NCBI GenBank assembly: GCA_046563655.1
Contig: CM102287.1
Span: 434,001-498,000 of the forward strand
Length of the DNA: 64,000 nucleotides
Reading direction: 5' to 3'
DNA from: Yuukianura sp. NJ FZ-2021
Taxonomy: Eukaryota
In this document: positions 1 through 13,400 of the stretch, in pieces
Layout: each line of letters starts with the position of its first letter
How positions within the stretch are numbered: position 1 is the first letter of the stretch
Program-made: the position numbers and the translations under genes
The notes under the pieces: generated by a model
Seen by the model: the letters and a program-made list of their open reading frames with translations, nothing else
What the model was told of the DNA's origin: nothing
The model's database searches: none

Positions 1-3000
1 AAAATGGAATTTATGCCTTGTTATCGCTTATAACCATCTTCATAGAACGCATCTAATACCGGTCCACTTTGTCGTAGTGCATCAACGACTATTACACACA
101 ATGAACCACTTGTTGTCAGCCTTCATCTTTGAGCACAAAGGAGAAGTGCCGGTGAAATTACAAGCTCGCCCTCACTACAGATACCAACCAGTACTCATTT
201 TGACACTATGAATCACAATGACTCCGACGGCAATGGAACTTCAGGGGTTCCCATTATTACATTTTCTAAATCAAAATCGAACATTCAGCATTATTTGTTA
301 TTTTGATTAAAATTTTTAGGAAATACTTTTTTATGTCATACTACCACCTTGCACTTCCAATAAAGCACACCTGAATAACTGGTGTTCAACAATAATCTGG
401 AATTGTATTTTAGCCTAACTCCACTATGCAACCAGTGCATAAATCTAACTGTCATTTTGGTATAAACTAATGTGGGAACTATACAACGAAGTTTTAAACA
501 TACTGAAAAATGGAATTTATGCCTTGTTATCGCTTATAACCATCTTCATAGAACGCATCTAATACCGGTCCACTTTGTCGTAGTGCATCAACGACTATTA
601 CACACAATGAACCACTTGTTGTCAGCCTTCATCTTTGAGCACAAAGGAGAAGTGCCGGTGAAATTACAAGCTCGCCCTCACTACAGATACCAACCAGTAC
701 TCATTTTGACACTATGAATCACAATGACTCCGACGGCAATGGAACTTCAGGGGTTCTGATTTATTACATTTTCTAAATCAAAATCGAACATTCAGCATTA
801 TTTGTTATTTTGATTAAAATTTTTAGGAAATACTTTTTTATGTCATACTACCACCTTGCACTTCCAATAAAGCACACCTGAATAACTGGTGTTCAACAAT
901 AATCTGGAATTATATTTTAGCCCAACTCCACTATGCAACAAAAGCATAAATCTAACTGTCATTTTGGTATAAACTAATGTGGGAACTATACAACGAAGTT
1001 TTAAACATACTGAAAAGTGGAATTTATGCCTTGTTATCGCTTATAACCATCTGCAAGGAACGAATCTAATACCGGTCCACTTTATCGTAGTGCATCAACG
1101 ACTATTACACACGGTGAACCACTTGTTGTCAGCCTTCATATTTGAGCACAAAGGAGAAGTGCCGGTGAAATGACAAGCTCGCCCTCACTACAGATACCAA
1201 CCAGTACTCATTTTGACACTATGAATCACAATGACTCCGACGGCAATGGAACTTCAGGGGATCCCATTATTACATTTTCTAAATCAAAATCGAACATTCA
1301 GCATTATTTGTTATTTTGATTAAAATTTTTAGGAAATACTTTTTTATGTCATACTACCACCTTGCACTTCCAATAAAGCACACCTGAATAACTGGTGTTC
1401 AACAATAATCTGGAATTATATTTTAGCCCAACTCCACTATGCAACAAGTGCATAAATCTAACTGTCATTTTGGTATAAACTAATGTGGGAACTATACAAC
1501 GAAGTTTTAAACATACTGAAAAGTGGAATTTATGCCTTGTTATCGCTTATAACCATCTGCAAGGAACGCATCTAATACCGGCCCACTTTGTCGTAGTGCA
1601 TCAACGACTATTACACACGGTGAACCACTTGTTGTCAGCCTTCATCTTTGAGCTCAAAGGAGAAGTGCCGGTGAAATGACAAGCTCGCCCTCACTACAGA
1701 TACCAACCAGTACTCATTTTGACACTATGAATCACAATGACTCCGACGGCAATGGAACTTCAGGGGTTCTGATTTATTACATTTTCTAAATCAAAATCGA
1801 ACATTCAGCATTATTTGTTATTTTGATTAAAATTTTTAGGAAATACTTTTTTATGTCATACTACCACCTTGCACTTCCAATAAAGCACACCTGAATAACT
1901 GGTGTTCAACAATAATCTGGAATTATATTTTAGCCCAACTCCACTATGCAACAAGTGCATAAATCTAACTGTCATTTTGGTATAAACTAATGTGGGAACT
2001 ATACAACGAAGTTTTAAACATACTGAAAAGTGGAATTTATGCCTTGTTATCGCTTATAACCATCTGCAAGGAACGAATCTAATACCGGTCCACTTTATCG
2101 TAGTGCATCAACGACTATTACACACGGTGAACCACTTGTTGTCAGCCTTCATTTTTGAGCACAAAGGAGAAGTGCCGGTGAAATGACAAGCTCGCCCTCA
2201 CTACAGATACCAACCAGTACTTATTTTGACACTATGAATCACAATGACTCCGACGGCAATGGAACTTCAGGGGATCCCATTATTACATTTTCTAAATCAA
2301 AATCGAACATTCAGCATTATTTGTTATTTTGATTAAAATTTTTAGGAAATACTTTTTTATGTCATACTACCACCTTGCACTTCCAATAAAGCACACCTGA
2401 ATAACTGGTGTTCAACAATAATCTGGAATTGTATTTTAGCCCAACTCCACTATGCAACAAGTGCATAAATCTAACTGTCATTTTGGTATAAACTAATGTG
2501 GGAACTATACAACGAAGTTTTAAACATACTGAAAAATGGAATTTATGCCTTGTTATCGCTTATAACCATCTTCATGGAACGCATCTAATACCGGTCCACT
2601 TTGTCGTAGTGCATCAACGACTATTACACACGGTGAACCACTTGTTGTCAGCCTTCATTTTTGAGCACAAAGGAGAAGTGCCGGTGAAATGACAAGCTCG
2701 CCCTCACTACAGATACCAACCAGTACTCATTTTGACACTATGAATCACAATGACTCCGACGGCAATGGAACTTCAGGGGATCCCATTATTACATTTTCTA
2801 AATCAAAATCGAACATTCAGCATTATTTGTTATTTTGATTAAAATTTTTAGGAAATACTTTTTTATGTCATACTACCACCTTGCACTTCCAATAAAGCAC
2901 ACCTGAATAACTGGTGTTCAACAATAATCTGGAATTATATTTTAGCCCAACTCCACTATGCAACAAGTGCATAAATCTAATTGTCATTTTGGTATAAACT

Positions 3001-6000
3001 AATGTGGGAACTATACAACGAAGTTTTAAACATACTGAAAAATGGAATTTATGCCTTGTTATCGCTTATAACCATCTTCATGGAACGCATCTAATACCGG
3101 TCCACTTTGTCGTAGTGCATCAACGACTATTACACACAATGAACCACTTGTTGTCAGCCTTCATCTTTGAGCTCAAAGGAGAAGTGCCGGTGAAATGACA
3201 AGCTCGCCCTCACTACAGATACCAACCAGTACTCATTTTGACACTATGAATCACAATGACTCCGACGGCAATGGAACTTCAGTGGATCCCATTATTACAT
3301 TTTCTAAATCAAAATCGAACATTCAGCATTATTTGTTATTTTGATTAAAATGTTAGGAAAGACTTTTTTATGTCATACTACCACATTGCACTTCCGATAA
3401 AGCACACCTGAATAACTGGTGTTCAACAATAATCTGGAATTATATTTTAGCCCAACTCCACTATGCAACAAGTGCATAAATCTAACTGTCATTTTGGTAT
3501 AAACTAATGTGGGAACTATACAACGAAGTTTTAAACATACTGAAAAATGGAATTTATGCCTTGTTATCGCTTATAACCATCTTCATAGAACGCATCTAAT
3601 ACCGGTCCACTTAGTCGTAGTGCATCAACGACTATTACACACAATGAACCACTTGTTGTCAGCCTTCATCTTTGAGCTCAAAGGAGAAGTGCCGGTGAAA
3701 TGACAAGCTCGCCCTCACTACAGATACCAACCAGTACTCATTTTGACACTATGAATCACAATGACTCCGACGGCAATGGAACTTCAGGGGATCCCATTAT
3801 TACATTTTCTAAATCAAAATCGAACATTCAGCATTATTTGTTATTTTGATTAAAATTGTTAGGAAAGACTTTTTTATGTCATACTACCACTTTGCACTTC
3901 CGATAAAGCACACCTGAATAACTGGTGTTCAACAATAATCTGGAATTATATTTTAGCCCAACTCCACTATGCAACAAGTGCATAAATCTAACTGTCATTT
4001 TGGTATAAACTAATGTGGGAACTATACAACGAAGTTTTAAACATACTGAAAAATGGAATTTATGCCTTGTTATCGCTTATAACCATCTTCATGGAACGCA
4101 TCTAATACCGGTCCACTTTGTCGTAGTGCATCAACGACTATTACACACAATGAACCACTTGTTGTCAGCCTTCATCTTTGAGCTCAAAGGAGAAGTGCCG
4201 GTGAAATGACAAGCTCGCCCTCACTACAGATACCAACCAGTACTCATTTTGACACTATGAATCACAATGACTCCGACGGCAATGGAACTTCAGTGGATCC
4301 CATTATTACATTTTTCTAAATCAAAATCGAACATTCAGCATTATTTGTTATTTTGATTAAAATTTTTAGGAAATACTTTTTTATGTCATACTACCACCTT
4401 GCACTTCCAATAAAGCACACCTGAATAACTGGTGTTCAACAATAATCTGGAATTATATTTTAGCCCAACTCCACTATGCAACAAGTGCATAAATCTAACT
4501 GTCATTTTGGTATAAACTAATGTGGGAACTATACAACGAAGTTTTAAACATACTGAAAAGTGGAATTTATGCCTTGTTATCGCTTATAACCATCTGCAAG
4601 GAACGAATCTAATACCGGTCCACTTTATCGTAGTGCATCAACGACTATTACACACGGTGAACCACTTGTTGTCAGCCTTCATTTTTGAGCACAAAGAAGT
4701 GCCGGTGAAATGACAAGCTCGCCCTCACTACAGATACCAACCAGTACTCATTTTGACACTATGAATCACAATGACTCCGACGGCAATGGAACTTCAGGGG
4801 ATCCCATTATTACATTTTCTAAATCAAAATCGAACATTCAGCATTATTTGTTATTTTGATTAAAATTTTTAGGAAATACTTTTTTATGTCATACTACCAC
4901 CTTGCACTTCCAATAAAGCACACCTGAATAACTGGTGTTCAACAATAATCTGGAATTATATTTTAGCCCAACTCCACTATGCAACAAGTGCATAAATCTA
5001 ACTGTCATTTTGGTATAAACTAATGTGGGAACTATACAACGAAGTTTTAAACATACTGAAAAGTGGAATTTATGCCTTGTTATCGCTTATAACCATCTGC
5101 AAGGAACGCATCTAATACCGGTCCACTTTGTCGTAGTGCATCAACGACTATTACACACGGTGAACCACTTGTTGTCAGCCTTCATTTTTGAGCACAAAGG
5201 AGAAGTGCCGGTGAAATGACAAGCTCGCCCTCACTACAGATACCAACCAGTACTCATTTTGACACTACGAATCACAATGACTCCGACGGCAATGGAACTT
5301 CAGGGGATCCCATTATTACATTTTCTAAATCAAAATCGAACATTCAGCATTATTTGTTATTTTGATTAAAATTTTTAGGAAATACTTTTTTATGTCATAC
5401 TACCACCTTGCACTTCCAATAAAGCACACCTGAATAACTGGTGTTCAACAATAATCTGGAATTATATTTTAGCCCAACTCCACTATGCAACAAGTGCATA
5501 AATCTAACTGTCATTTTGGTATAAACTAATGTGGGAACTATACAACGAAGTTTTAAACATACTGAAAAGTGGAATTTATGCCTTGTTATCGCTTATAACC
5601 ATCTGCAAGGAACGCATCTAATACCGGTCCACTTTGTCGTAGTGCATCAACGACTATTACACACGGTGAACCACTTGTTGTCAGCCTTCATTTTTGAGCA
5701 CAAAGGAGAAGTGCCGGTGAAATGACAAGCTCGCCCTCACTACAGATACCAACCAGTACTCATTTTGACACTATGAATCACAATGACTCCGACGGCAATG
5801 GAACTTCAGTGGATCCCATTATTACATTTTTCTAAATCAAAATCGAACATTCAGCATTATTTGTTATTTTGATTAAAATGTTAGGAAAGACTTTTTTATG
5901 TCATACTACCACATTGCACTACCGATAAAGCACACCTGAATAACTGGTGTTCAACAATAAACTGGAATTATATTTTAGCCCAACTCCACTATGCAACAAG

Positions 6001-9000
6001 TGCATAAATCTAACTGTCATTTTGGTATAAACTAATGTGGGAACTATACAACGAAGTTTTAAACATACTGAAAAATGGAATTTATGCCTTGTTATCGCTT
6101 ATAACCATCTTCATAGAACGCATCTAATACCGGTCCACTTAGTCGTAGTGCATCAACGACTATTACACACAATGAACCACTTGTTGTCAGCCTTCATCTT
6201 TGAGCTCAAAGGAGAAGTGCCGGTGAAATGACAAGCTCGCCCTCACTACAGATACCAACCAGTACTCATTTTGACACTATGAATCACAATGACTCCGACG
6301 GCAATGGAACTTCAGGGGATCCCATTATTACATTTTTCTAAATCAAAATCGAACATTCAGCATTATTTGTTATTTTGATTAAAATTGTTAGGAAAGACTT
6401 TTTTATGTCATACTACCACATTGCACTTCCGATAAAGCACACCTGAATAACTGGTGTTCAACAATAATCTGGAATTATATTTTAGCCCAACTCCACTATG
6501 CAACAAGTGCATAAATCTAACTGTCATTTTGGTATAAACTAATGTGGGAACTATACAACGAAGTTTTAAACATACTGAAAAATGGAATTTATGCCTTGTT
6601 ATCGCTTATAACCATCTTCATGGAACGCATCTAATACCGGTCCACTTTGTCGTAGTGCATCAACGACTATTACACACAATGAACCACTTGTTGTCAGCCT
6701 TCATCTTTGAGCTCAAAGGAGAAGTGCCGGTGAAATGACAAGCTCGCCCTCACTACAGATACCAACCAGTACTCATTTTGACACTATGAATCACAATGAC
6801 TCCGACGGCAATGGAACTTCAGTGGATCCCATTATTACATTTTTCTAAATCAAAATCGAACATTCAGCATTATTTGTTATTTTGATTAAAATTTTTAGGA
6901 AATACTTTTTTATGTCATACTACCACCTTGCACTTCCAATAAAGCACACCTGAATAACTGGTGTTCAACAATAATCTGGAATTATATTTTAGCCCAACTC
7001 CACTATGCAACAAGTGCATAAATCTAACTGTCATTTTGGTATAAACTAATGTGGGAACTATACAACGAAGTTTTAAACATACTGAAAAGTGGAATTTATG
7101 CCTTGTTATCGCTTATAACCATCTGCAAGGAACGAATCTAATACCGGTCCACTTTATCGTAGTGCATCAACGACTATTACACACGGTGAACCACTTGTTG
7201 TCAGCCTTCATTTTTGAGCACAAAGAAGTGCCGGTGAAATGACAAGCTCGCCCTCACTACAGATACCAACCAGTACTCATTTTGACACTATGAATCACAA
7301 TGACTCCGACGGCAATGGAACTTCAGGGGATCCCATTATTACATTTTCTAAATCAAAATCGAACATTCAGCATTATTTGTTATTTTGATTAAAATTTTTA
7401 GGAAATACTTTTTTATGTCATACTACCACCTTGCACTTCCAATAAAGCACACCTGAATAACTGGTGTTCAACAATAATCTGGAATTATATTTTAGCCCAA
7501 CTCCACTATGCAACAAGTGCATAAATCTAACTGTCATTTTGGTATAAACTAATGTGGGAACTATACAACGAAGTTTTAAACATACTGAAAAGTGGAATTT
7601 ATGCCTTGTTATCGCTTATAACCATCTGCAAGGAACGCATCTAATACCGGTCCACTTTGTCGTAGTGCATCAACGACTATTACACACGGTGAACCACTTG
7701 TTGTCAGCCTTCATTTTTGAGCACAAAGGAGAAGTGCCGGTGAAATTACAAGCTCGCCCTCACTACAGATACCAACCAGTACTCATTTTGACACTACGAA
7801 TCACAATGACTCCGACGGCAATGGAACATCAGGGGATCCCATTATTACATTTTCTAAATCAAAATCGAACATTCAGCATTATTTGTTATTTTGATTAAAA
7901 TTTTTAGGAAATACTTTTTTATGTCATACTACCACCTTGCACTTCCAATAAAGCACACCTGAATAACTGGTGTTCAACAATAATCTGGAATTATATTTTA
8001 GCCCAACTCCACTATGCAACAAGTGCATAAATCTAACTGTCATTTTGGTATAAACTAATGTGGGAACTATACAACGAAGTTTTAAACATACTGAAAAGTG
8101 GAATTTATGCCTTGTTATCGCTTATAACCATCTGCAAGGAACGCATCTAATACCGGTCCACTTTGTCGTAGTGCATCAACGACTATTACACACGGTGAAC
8201 CACTTGTTGTCAGCCTTAATTTTTGAGCACAAAGGAGAAGTGCCGGTGAAATGACAAGCTCGCCCTCACTACAGATACCAACCAGTACTCATTTTGACAC
8301 TACGAATCACAATGACTCCGACGGCAATGGAACTTCAGGGGATCCCATTATTACATTTTCTAAATCAAAATCGAACATTCAGCATTATTTGTTATTTTGA
8401 TTAAAATTTTTAGGAAATACTTTTTTATGTCATACTAGCACCTTGCACTTAAAATAAAGCACACCTGAATAACTGGTGTTCAACAATAATCTGGAATTAT
8501 ATTTTAGCCCAACTCCACTATGCAACAAGTGCATAAATCTAACTGTCATTTTGGTATAAACTAATGTGGGAACTATACAACGAAGTTTTAAACATACTGA
8601 AAAATGGAATTTATGCCTTGTTATCGCTTATAACCATCTTCATGGAACGCATCTAATACCGGTCCACTTTGTCGTAGTGCATCAACGACTATTACACACA
8701 ATGAACCACTTGTTGTCAGCCTTCATCTTTGAGCTCAAAGGAGAAGTGCCGGTGAAATGACAAGCTCGCCCTCACTACAGATACCAACCAGTACTCATTT
8801 TGACACTATGAATCACAATGACTCCGACGGCAATGGAACTTCAGTGGATCCCATTATTACATTTTTCTAAATCAAAATCGAACATTCAGCATTATTTGTT
8901 ATTTTGATTAAAATTGTTAGGAAAGACTTTTTTATGTCATACTACCACATTGCACTACCGATAAAGCACACCTGAATAACTGGTGTTCAACAATAAACTG

Positions 9001-9438
9001 GAATTATATTTTAGCCCAACTCCACTATGCAACAAGTGCATAAATCTAACTGTCATTTTGGTATAAACTAATGTGGGAACTATACAACGAAGTTTTAAAC
9101 ATACTGAAAAATGGAATTTATGCCTTGTTATCGCTTATAACCATCTTCATAGAACGCATCTAATACCGGTCCACTTAGTCGTAGTGCATCAACGACTATT
9201 TCACACGGTGAACCACTTGCTGTCATCCTTCATCTTTGAGCACAAAGGAGAAGTGCCGGTGAAATTACAAGCTCGCCCTCACTACAGATACCAACCAGTA
9301 CTCATTTTGACACTATGAATCACAATGACTCCGACGGCAATGGAACTTCAGGGGTTCCCATTATTACATTTTCTAAATCAAAATCGAACATTCAGCATAA
9401 TTTGTTATTTTGATTAAAATTTTTAGGAAATACTTTTT
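1..9438. repeat. ~506-bp tandem satellite, block 1 (~18.5 monomers, 503-507 bp; most heterogeneous part)
   Basis: The same sequence recurs with period 503-507 bp (marker GTGGGAACTATACAACG at 472, 979, 1485, 1992 ...). Monomers differ by a few substitutions or indels. The array continues off the left edge. Confidence 0.99.
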
Positions 9439-10479
9439 AGTCTTCTGGTGACGCACGTCTACGACGTGCTGAAGAAGACTATTGATACGACTTTGTCCGT
9501 CTGTCTGTCACATTTTTTAGGACCCTTTCCACTGAAACATAAGCCCCATCGCAGTCAGGGGCTCATGTATGGCTCAAGTGTTTTCAGTACGTCTACGTTG
9601 CACTCAAAGTGTTATATTAACAACGTAGATGTTAGCGGCTACTTTACGTATCCGCAGTATCGTGGCTCCGCAAAACTGTTTTGGTTTCGATTGCACTCAA
9701 AATATTTATAAACAACGGAGTTTTGATCTGGTCATTTTCTGGCAGTATGTTTAATTGCGTTCTTAACTTAAGACTGATTAGAGGGTAGAAAATCCGGCTT
9801 AAATGTGTCATATGTGAATAGTGCATAACAGGTGTCAAATTCGCATTTACTAGAAATTTTTATAATTTTGATCTTAAACAAAATGATATTCGACTCTGTT
9901 ATTTATGAACATGACTTAACACATGGTGCATGTATTTTGATTTTTAAGAAGCTATAATTGACACCTTCCTCTCAACGTTTAATTTCGTGCACACTTATAA
10001 GTAGATGTACATAAGTGTCAAATTGCGCAGATATTTTGACGCTGGGTAATGAACCTTTGTTATTTCAACATTTGTGCATACTGGAGAATAACTGCACATA
10101 CATCTTTTAGAATGATGATTACATCAGATTAATTGTGCATTTATATGAACAGATTTAATGGAATTCTAATTGTGTTCATACTTGAGAACAATTTGATGCA
10201 AAAATGTTGTGAATCAAAATAATTTTCAGGAGAGTGAAAACTGTTCAGCACTAAAGCTGAACTACATTCTTATGCAAACGGTTTTTTCACATTTTGGTGT
10301 AATTGTGCACAAAAAGGCCCCACATCTGCACTGAAAATTTTGAGCGACGCTTTGGTGCATCAGCTACATGAAAACGGTTTCTCAGTTCTACAGCTTTGAG
10401 GCAGACCGGTTTAAGTCGCATCAATTGCCAACTCCCTCCAGAAGACCTATGCTCAACCCTTGAGCATCGCCCCACCTTG
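9439..10479 (+). mobile_element. Non-autonomous Helentron-associated / DINE-1-like element (HINE)
   Basis: Adds 1043 bp inside the T-run of AAATACTTTTTTATGTC with no clear TSD (ends ambiguous by about 2 T). Subterminal inverted repeats GTCTTCTGG (9440-9448) and CCAGAAGAC (10438-10446). A second nearby IR, AGAAGACTA (9473-9481), closes a 5' hairpin containing GCACGTC-tac-GACGTGC. GTCY microsatellite GTCCGTCTGTCTGTC at 9495-9509. 3' stem-loop ATGCTCAA-ccc-TTGAGCAT at 10449-10467. No credible ORF. Confidence 0.85.
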
Positions 10480-13400
10480 TTTATGTCAAACTACCACCTT
10501 GCACTTCCAATCAAGCACACCTGAATAACTGGTGTTCAACAATAATCTGGAATTATATTTTAGCCCAACTCCACTATGCAACAAGTGCATAAATCTAACT
10601 GTCATTTTGGTATAAACTAATGTGGGAACTATACAACGAAGTTTTAAACATACTGAAAAGTGGAATTTATGCCTTGTTATCGCTTATAACCATCTGCAAG
10701 GAACGAATCTAATACCGGTCCACTTTATCGTAGTGCATCAACGACTATTACACACGGTGAACCACTTGTTGTCAGCCTTCATTTTTGAGCACAAAGAAGT
10801 GCCGGTGAAATGACAAGCTCGCCCTCACTACAGATACCAACCAGTACTCATTTTGACACTATGAATCACAATGACTCCGACGGCAATGGAACTTCAGGGG
10901 ATCCCATTATTACATTTTCTAAATCAAAATCGAACATTCAGCATTATTTGTTATTTTGATTAAAATTTTTAGGAAATACTTTTTTATGTCATACTACCAC
11001 CTTGCACTTCCAATAAAGCACACCTGAATAACTGGTGTTCAACAATAATTTGGAATTGTATTTTAGCCCAACTCCACTATGCAACAAGTGCATAAATCTA
11101 ACTGTCATTTTGGTATAAACTAATGTGGGAACCATACAACGAAGTTTTAAACATACTGAAAAATGGAATTTATGCCTTGTTATCGCTTATAACCATCTTC
11201 ATGGAACGCATCTAATACCGGTCCACTTTGTCGTAGTGCATCAACGACTATTACACACAATGAACCACTTGTTGTCAGCCTTCATCTTTGAGCACAAAGG
11301 AGAAGTGCCGGTGAAATTACAAGCTCGCCCTCACTACAGATACCAACCAGTACTCATTTTGACACTATGAATCACAATGACTCCGACGGCAATGGAACTT
11401 CAGGGGTTCCCATTATTACATTTTCTAAATCAAAATCGAACGTTCAGCATTATTTGTTATTTTGATTAAAATTTTTAGGAAATACTTTTTTATGTCATAC
11501 TACCACCTTGCACTTCCAATAAAGCACACCTGAATAACTGGTGCTCAACAATAATCTGGAATTATATTTTAGCCCAACTCCACTATGCAACAAGTGCATA
11601 AATCTAACTGTCATTTTGGTATAAACTAATGTGGGAACTATACAACGAAGTTTTAAACATACTGAAAAGTGGAATTTATGCCTTGTTATCGCTTATAACC
11701 ATCTGCAAGGAACGAATCTAATACCGGTCCACTTTATCGTAGTGCATCAACGACTATTACACACGGTGAACCACTTGTTGTCAGCCTTCATTTTTGAGCA
11801 CAAAGAAGTGCCGGTGAAATGACAAGCTCGCCCTCACTACAGATACCAACCAGTACTCATTTTGACACTATGAATCACAATGACTCCGACGGCAATGGAA
11901 CTTCAGGGGATCCCATTATTACATTTTCTAAATCAAAATCGAACATTCAGCATTATTTGTTATTTTGATTAAAATTTTTAGGAAATACTTTTTTATGTCA
12001 TACTACCACCTTGCACTTCCAATAAAGCACACCTGAATAACTGGTGTTCAACAATAATCTGGAATTGTATTTTAGCCCAACTCCACTATGCAACAAGTGC
12101 ATAAATCTAACTGTCATTTTGGTATAAACTAATGTGGGAACCATACAACGAAGTTTTAAACATACTGAAAAATGGAATTTATGCCTTGTTATCGCTTATA
12201 ACCATCTTCATGGAACGCATCTAATACCGGTCCACTTTGTCGTAGTGCATCAACGACTATTACACACAATGAACCACTTGTTGTCAGCCTTCATCTTTGA
12301 GCACAAAGGAGAAGTGCCGGTGAAATTACAAGCTCGCCCTCACTACAGATACCAACCAGTACTCATTTTGACACTATGAATCACAATGACTCCGACGGCA
12401 ATGGAACTTCAGGGGTTCCCATTATTACATTTTCTAAATCAAAATCGAACGTTCAGCATTATTTGTTATTTTGATTAAAATTTTTAGGAAATACTTTTTT
12501 ATGTCATACTACCACCTTGCACTTCCAATAAAGCACACCTGAATAACTGGTGCTCAACAATAATCTGGAATTATATTTTAGCCCAACTCCACTATGCAAC
12601 AAGTGCATAAATCTAACTGTCATTTTGGTATAAACTAATGTGGGAACTATACAACGAAGTTTTAAACATACTGAAAAGTGGAATTTATGCCTTGTTATCG
12701 CTTATAACCATCTTCATGGAACGCATCTAATACCGGTCCACTTTGTCGTAGTGCATCAACGACTATTACACACGGTGAACCACTTGTTGTCAGCCTTCAT
12801 CTTTGAGCACAAAGGAGAAGTGCCGGTGAAATTACAAGCTCGCCGTCACTACAGATACCAACCAGTACTCATTTTGACACTATGAATCACAATGACTCCG
12901 TCGGCAATGGAACTTCAGGGGTTCCCATTATTACAATTTCTAAATCAAAATCGAACATTCAGCATTATTTGTTATTTTGATTAAAATTTTTAGGAAATAC
13001 TTTTTTATGTCATACTACCACCTTGCACTTCCAATAAAGCACACCTGAATAACTGGTGTTCAACAATAATCTGGAATTATATTTTAGCCCAACTCCACTA
13101 TGCAACAAGTGCATAAATCTAACTGTCATTTTGGTATAAACTAATGTGGGAACTATACAACGAAGTTTTAAACATACTGAAAAGTGGAATTTATGCCTTG
13201 TTATCGCTTATAACCATCTGCAAGGAACGCATCTAATACCGGTCCACTTTGTCGTAGTGCATCAACGACTATTACACACGGTGAACCACTTGTTGTCAGC
13301 CTTCATTTTTGAGCACAAAGGAGAAGTGCCGGTGAAATGACAAGCTCGCCCTCACTACAGATACCAACCAGTACTCATTTTGACACTACGAATCACAATG

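Noticed and set aside
1..506. Monomer as a 5S rRNA, tRNA, U snRNA or histone repeat unit
   Set aside because: I recognised no 5S, tRNA cloverleaf/A-B box, U1-U6 or histone sequence on either strand. An Rfam scan would be needed to exclude divergent RNAs.
9448..10475. Short ORFs in the 1-kb insertion as a transposase or captured gene
   Set aside because: 62-87 aa with no Rep, helicase or DDE motifs. The element is defined by its non-coding ends.
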